The notes under the pieces were generated by a model. That model had not been told where the DNA came from and made no database searches. It worked only from the letters and a program-made list of their open reading frames with translations. This document shows positions 42,511-46,790 of a stretch of DNA of 46,790 bases, piece after piece. The DNA is taken from positions 1 to 46,790 of IMG/VR virus record IMGVR_UViG_3300048579_000027. One strand, given 5' to 3'. Both the position numbers and the translations under genes were made by a program. Position 1 is the stretch's first letter, and each line of letters starts with the position of its first letter. This stretch comes from a virus.

Positions 42511-43056
42511 TTACATCCCCACGTACTTGCTGCCAGCGAGCTTGCTGCCGGCACTGATAGCTGCCCCGAGAATCTCGATGCCCCGCGTGTCGGCCGGCTG
42601 AGTGGGCCGCTCCACGGATGCGATGCGACTCTTCATTCGGGTGTCCGTTGCGTGGAGTTGCTCCGTGGTGTCAGCAACGACCCACTTGTAGTTCTCCTCC
42701 ATGTATCCACGGTTCATGGAGGACTTGGAGATGATGTCGCCGATGAGGTTGTCCACGGAGATGCCACCCACACCGCCAGCCGCAGCGGAGACCTCAGCGG
42801 TCGCGGACTTCTGGGCCTCCTCCATGTAGGAGAGGTGGCGCTTCTGTACGAACTTCGATTGCTCTTGAAGCTGCCGCGTGATGATTTGCCGCTGTTCGTC
42901 CCGTGAGGCGGCCTCCGCGTTTACGACGTTCTGCTGCCACGCTGCGGACTTTGAGGCGTACTCAATTTGCTTTGCCTTGTGTGTGACTTGCGCCTGCATT
43001 CCAGCGACGGCCACTTGACCAATCGCGAGGCCTACAGCAACGGCGGGGTGGCACAT
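42511..43056 (-). CDS. Internal virion protein B (T7 gp14-like)
   Basis: 181 aa. Starts MC followed by a hydrophobic segment, like T7 gp14 (MCWAAAIPIAISGAQAI). Position after the gp13 slot. Confidence 0.6.
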   Translation of the reverse strand: MCHPAVAVGLAIGQVAVAGMQAQVTHKAKQIEYASKSAAWQQNVVNAEAASRDEQRQIITRQLQEQSKFVQKRHLSYMEEAQKSATAEVSAAAGGVGGISVDNLIGDIISKSSMNRGYMEENYKWVVADTTEQLHATDTRMKSRIASVERPTQPADTRGIEILGAAISAGSKLAGSKYVGM

Positions 43057-43057
43057 C

Positions 43058-43537
43058 TCAGTCGATTTCCTTTTCGTAGAGTCGGAACGGGAATTGGTAA
43101 GGCCCGTGGTTGACGGTTTCCGCGTGCTCGTACCCCATCCATTCTAGCCAGCGGTGGTGTACGGTGTTGCGTTCGTCGGAGAGACACATGGTCCATGGCC
43201 AGCGGGCAAAGAACTCATCCAGCCAATCGCGAAGTGAATGCAGCATCCATGCCGCCTCGCGCTGCCCTACGTCAGAGGAGATGAGCCACGTGTTGCCCTG
43301 CCCAGTTGGCAGCTTCGCTACCCCAAAGATGATGTGTGGGATGCAGAGTCCCGCTGAGGTAGCCGCGATGGTCCAACACTCGGTGGAGGCCTCGATGCTT
43401 GGGGCGAGCCATTTCTTGACGCCACCAATTTCCGTTGCGTCCCACTCCTGACGGTCAACCTCGCGCACAATCGGCAAAAGTTCTGCCGCATCCTGGAGCC
43501 GTGAGGGCCTCAGGACGTAACGCTCCCCAAGTCGCAT
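43058..43537 (-). CDS. Internal virion protein A slot (gp13 position; acetyltransferase-fold-like)
   Basis: 159-aa ORF directly after the gp12 gene. The assignment rests on position only. Confidence 0.4.
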   Translation of the reverse strand: MRLGERYVLRPSRLQDAAELLPIVREVDRQEWDATEIGGVKKWLAPSIEASTECWTIAATSAGLCIPHIIFGVAKLPTGQGNTWLISSDVGQREAAWMLHSLRDWLDEFFARWPWTMCLSDERNTVHHRWLEWMGYEHAETVNHGPYQFPFRLYEKEID

Positions 43538-43543
43538 GAGTAG

Positions 43544-46183
43544 CTACCGGCCTGCGGATGCTCTGCCCACGACGGGCTGCGCAATGATGCTGGCAGTGTA
43601 GTGAACTTTACAGGAGGTCCAGCGCGACGGGAGGAACGAGTCGTTGATGAGCGTGAGACTGTACTCGTTAGACTTCTTGTTTACGGGGACCTTGAGATAC
43701 CCGTTTGTGATAACGTAGCTGCCCATGATGTTGGCAGGATCGCCAAGGACGCGGCCACTAAACTCCGCGAGGGACTTCTTTTGGTTTCCCAGGCGGAATG
43801 TTACCTCAGCGCGGAAGTAGCCCGTCTTGGCGTAACCGTAAATGTGGTCCCTTACGTCAACCCGCTCCGCATCGGCAACGCCGGCAGGCGTGCGTACATA
43901 GAACTCCGACTCGGTTCTCTCTGCGCTGATCTTGAAGCCTACGAACAGTTCGGCCGCAGTGGCATCCCCTCGGACGGTGATGCGGTCCAGCCCGGTGATT
44001 GGGTCGTTGGCGATGCTCAAGATTTCCCAACTCTGCCCCCGCCGGATTTCCTCGCCGATGCCCAGCGTGGTGCGCGTCACTACATACATCGAGTCTGGGA
44101 GGCCGCGCGCTTCCGGCACGGGGAATGGGAGGTAGAGGTGGGTAACCTCTATGCCGTCCTCGGTGGCAACCTCTCGGGCCTGGAGGAGGCCCTCTGGGAT
44201 TCTTAGGTCAACGCGCGTGAGGTAATCACTATTCTCCGGGTCGGTAAGGTCAACGGTTAGGTTGATCCTGCATAGGAGAGCCCCCCAACCTTCCCGCTGA
44301 ATTAGCAAGTTGAGGAAGCTACCTCGAACGCCCGCCCACACTAAGCTGCAACCGGAGGGAAGCCTCCACGTATTCCACGCAGATTGAAGGCGGTCGCGCT
44401 CTGAGAGGAGGCTGTTGTAAACGTAAAGGTTGTTCGGAGTTACATCCGTCCCGAGGAACGAGATGTTGTGGGTGTCCGATGCGGTGTGAATGCGGATGCC
44501 GGAAGGAACATACTTTTTGACGTGTCCTGTAACGTCCGTCTCACCAATAACCTTGCCCTCACTGAGGAGCACGTCACGAACTGTGGACCATGCGCCGCCT
44601 TCGGTCACAAAGTACAAGCTGGAGCCAACGCTACGGGGCCTCACCTTTTCGGAGAACTCGTATTTGGAGGCCGGCTTGTTGTCTACCGTGTCTTGTCGGA
44701 ACGGGTCCGCCCCCGAGTCAACCTTGAACTGGATTCCCAGCGCCCACAGGTACGTGGTTTCGTTGACCTGGACCACCCGCCGAAGAAGCGCAATTCCGTC
44801 GCCACCACCAATGGTCACGTCTACAGGGTCTGTGTCCAGCGTGGTTTGGGCCGATGTAGGAAAGAACACGAATGGGTTTCGCGATTTCGCCCACGCAGAG
44901 GAGCCCTCAGTGAGGATGCCCAGCCGGCTGTGCGAGTAAAAAATATCCTCGATCTGCTTGCCGATAAAGGAGGGGTCCTCAGCGGACGTTTCTCCGTCTC
45001 CCGTTACGCGACTTCCCCACGGGGGGCGCTTCCACTCAAAGGTCTGGTATCCGGTGTTGACCAAAGCGTGCGGCATGTGGGAGGCGGTTAGGCCAATCGG
45101 AATGTCGGGCTTTGCGCATTCCTCCCAGTAACCGGAGCGTCCGTCATCGCCGCGATACGTCACCCAGTAATCCCCGTCGTTCTGCCGGTTCGAGCCTTTG
45201 ACGCGAGTGGTGAACCCTAGGAAGCACGAGCGCGGGAGGTCCTCGTAGGTTTTCGCCTGCTCTTTGACCGCTATCAGGTACGAGTCGCCCAAACCATCGG
45301 AGGTGTCTACGGAGAACTCGGCACCGTCGTTGCGCCCGATGAGGAGGCAATTGCCGTTGATCGCTACGTAGAACCCAGCGGTTGCCAGTGAGGTGGCCCC
45401 GGTCATTCCTGTGGTCTCACCCGCAGCGGCAGCACCCACACCGCTGTTGCCCCCGGTGTTTCGCATGCCGTCCACGGCCGCTGAGTTGGTGACGGTCGGT
45501 ACCGCCGCGCTGCCCTTGAAGGCGCGATAGAAGGTGGCCGCTAGCTGGTTCGTGGTGATGTACGCCGCGTTGGCCGCTGCGGAGTTATCCGGGGTCTCGT
45601 AGCGGAACGTGAGGACCTTGTTGGAATACGCCGAATAGGTCCCAGTGACGACGCCAAGCGTCACGGTGACCTGGAAGGTGACCTTGTAGCCGCCGGCCCG
45701 GAAATAAACGATTGCCTCGTTGTACGGAGTTGGGGAGCGGTTGGTGGTGTCGATTGATGGCTTGACCTCGCGGCTCGCAACGAACGTGTAGTCCTCAAGT
45801 GTTGCGGCTCTTAGACTGTCGCGCGGGTCCTCAAAGGTCGAGATGTAATCCTCAGCGGCCGTGTACGTGACTTCGCACTCCTCGCCGGATAGGAGGTCGA
45901 ACACGCGGAGGTGTTTCTGAGTTGGCGCGATGTCGTCCGTAAAGACTGCGAGGTAGTGTTCACTCTTGCCCCGCGCTATCTCATGACAGAAAGCCCGCGC
46001 GAATTTGGCCTCACGGATGAACCCAATGACCTCCACTGGAGGGCGCGCTTCGCATCCGTTGATGGGGGAGTTGATGCAGTCGTACTGCTCCTCCGCCTGG
46101 GTCTCTCGCCTCTGCTCCGCAACCTGCTGAGAGACACCCTGCACCAAGTTCGGAATGGTGTAGGACTTAAGGTCGGTTGCCAC
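43544..46183 (-). CDS. Tail tubular protein B (T7 gp12-like)
   Basis: 879 aa. N-terminal IPNLVQGVSQQ...RPPVE...HYLAVFT...LRVFDL parallels T7 gp12 IKNLKGGISQQP...RPPLV...QYYAVFTGDIRVFDL. Confidence 0.9.
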   Translation of the reverse strand: MATDLKSYTIPNLVQGVSQQVAEQRRETQAEEQYDCINSPINGCEARPPVEVIGFIREAKFARAFCHEIARGKSEHYLAVFTDDIAPTQKHLRVFDLLSGEECEVTYTAAEDYISTFEDPRDSLRAATLEDYTFVASREVKPSIDTTNRSPTPYNEAIVYFRAGGYKVTFQVTVTLGVVTGTYSAYSNKVLTFRYETPDNSAAANAAYITTNQLAATFYRAFKGSAAVPTVTNSAAVDGMRNTGGNSGVGAAAAGETTGMTGATSLATAGFYVAINGNCLLIGRNDGAEFSVDTSDGLGDSYLIAVKEQAKTYEDLPRSCFLGFTTRVKGSNRQNDGDYWVTYRGDDGRSGYWEECAKPDIPIGLTASHMPHALVNTGYQTFEWKRPPWGSRVTGDGETSAEDPSFIGKQIEDIFYSHSRLGILTEGSSAWAKSRNPFVFFPTSAQTTLDTDPVDVTIGGGDGIALLRRVVQVNETTYLWALGIQFKVDSGADPFRQDTVDNKPASKYEFSEKVRPRSVGSSLYFVTEGGAWSTVRDVLLSEGKVIGETDVTGHVKKYVPSGIRIHTASDTHNISFLGTDVTPNNLYVYNSLLSERDRLQSAWNTWRLPSGCSLVWAGVRGSFLNLLIQREGWGALLCRINLTVDLTDPENSDYLTRVDLRIPEGLLQAREVATEDGIEVTHLYLPFPVPEARGLPDSMYVVTRTTLGIGEEIRRGQSWEILSIANDPITGLDRITVRGDATAAELFVGFKISAERTESEFYVRTPAGVADAERVDVRDHIYGYAKTGYFRAEVTFRLGNQKKSLAEFSGRVLGDPANIMGSYVITNGYLKVPVNKKSNEYSLTLINDSFLPSRWTSCKVHYTASIIAQPVVGRASAGR

Positions 46184-46186
46184 CCG

Positions 46187-46765
46187 CTAGCCCTCGCGCC
46201 CCCTAAGGCTCTCCTCCGCGCTCCGCAGTTCGAGGAGCTTGCGGATGTCATAGTGCGGATCGAAGATGGAGAGGCCTTCGTAGAGGAACACCTCGCGGAG
46301 TTCGTGCTCCACGGCCTGCTTGATGGCGAGCCACGCGGTTTGCACCACCTCGCCTTCCGTCATGTGATACGAGAGCGGCCACCGCCGGCCCTTCCACTTG
46401 ATGGGCTCACCTGTGCGGTTACAGCGGGTCGAACCGGAGACCCTTAGGTGCGGATAGAGTCCCAGTTCGTCTGCGGCCCTTTGGCTTCCGTGCGCCCACA
46501 CCATCTCGCCTGCCCGCGCGCTTGGCCACTCGATGACGAATTGGAGCGTTCCCTCGGGGAGCCCCAGAAGTTTTCCCACGCGAAGTTGGTTCACGATGTT
46601 CTGGAGGTCCACTGGACGCAATGGGGCCGCTGGGCGCATCGGCGTGGAATACGGAGAGGACGTAGGGGCCGCGCCCACAGGTGACCCAGAGGTGTGCAAG
46701 GAGTTCTGCGAATCGTCGGACGCCATCCGTGAGTGTTCCGTCATGTGATGCCCCAAGTAGCTCAT
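46187..46765 (-). CDS. Hypothetical protein inserted between tail tubular A and B genes
   Basis: 192-aa ORF. Its ATG overlaps the gp11 stop (TAATG, via the circular junction). P/S/A-rich N-terminus and a conserved-looking C-terminal half (KWKGRRWPLSYHMTEGEVVQTAWLAIKQAVEHELRE). No family recognised. Confidence 0.55.
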   Translation of the reverse strand: MSYLGHHMTEHSRMASDDSQNSLHTSGSPVGAAPTSSPYSTPMRPAAPLRPVDLQNIVNQLRVGKLLGLPEGTLQFVIEWPSARAGEMVWAHGSQRAADELGLYPHLRVSGSTRCNRTGEPIKWKGRRWPLSYHMTEGEVVQTAWLAIKQAVEHELREVFLYEGLSIFDPHYDIRKLLELRSAEESLRGREG

Positions 46766-46790
46766 TAGAGTCGCTTCCGGTTGACGCGGC
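46664..46790. repeat. Terminal overlap copy 2: identical to 1-127
   Basis: Same 127-nt string as the window start, read directly. Confidence 0.9.

Noticed and set aside
1-46790. tRNA genes, CRISPR arrays, IS elements or transposase genes, and toxin-antitoxin or other defence cassettes.
   Set aside because: I saw no cloverleaf-compatible segments in the few non-coding regions, no regularly spaced direct repeats, no transposase-like ORFs and no terminal inverted repeats. The genome is otherwise fully accounted for by phage modules.

Overview
This window is a complete, GC-rich, T7-like (Autographiviridae-type) podovirus genome assembled as a closed circle. Bases 1-127 recur exactly at 46664-46790, so the non-redundant length is 46,663 bp. 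Every convincing gene is on the minus strand; the long plus-strand ORFs in the track are shadow frames of a high-GC genome. In transcription order (descending coordinates, wrapping from 1 to 46790) the layout is as follows. First comes a non-coding leader (27245-26984), then small early genes including a very acidic 170-aa protein, then a tyrosine integrase (24279-23422). Next are the single-subunit RNA polymerase (22554-19852), an exported alpha/beta-hydrolase, and a 520-nt low-GC non-coding region (18691-18170). The DNA-metabolism block follows: gp2.5-like SSB, an overlapped spanin pair, endonuclease I, a T7-lysozyme-type amidase, primase-helicase, DNA polymerase and 5'-3' exonuclease. The structural block contains portal, scaffold, an extra membrane protein, major capsid and a terminator hairpin. 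It continues with tail tubular A, an extra 192-aa ORF, tail tubular B, and internal virion proteins with an SLT domain and an embedded M15 peptidase gene. It ends with two gp17-N-domain fibre proteins and a low-GC LamG/SPRY plus DUF4376 cassette. Last come an orphan N6-adenine-type methyltransferase and the large terminase (29467-27521). I recognised no tRNA, rRNA, CRISPR array or transposon. The points most worth follow-up are these. (1) An integrase-based lysogeny module sits in a strictly unidirectional T7-like genome with no visible repressor switch. (2) Two non-coding regions carry colinear conserved boxes, and the larger one has AT-rich, palindrome-rich and pseudoknot-compatible structure. 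(3) There is a signal-peptide-bearing alpha/beta-hydrolase. (4) A low-GC receptor-binding cassette encodes a LamG/SPRY protein that starts with a signal-peptide-like segment. (5) Extra genes are inserted at normally invariant junctions (scaffold/capsid, gp11/gp12, gp15/gp16). All homology calls come from motif recognition and recall of T7 protein sequences, not from database searches. Start codons of small ORFs are provisional.
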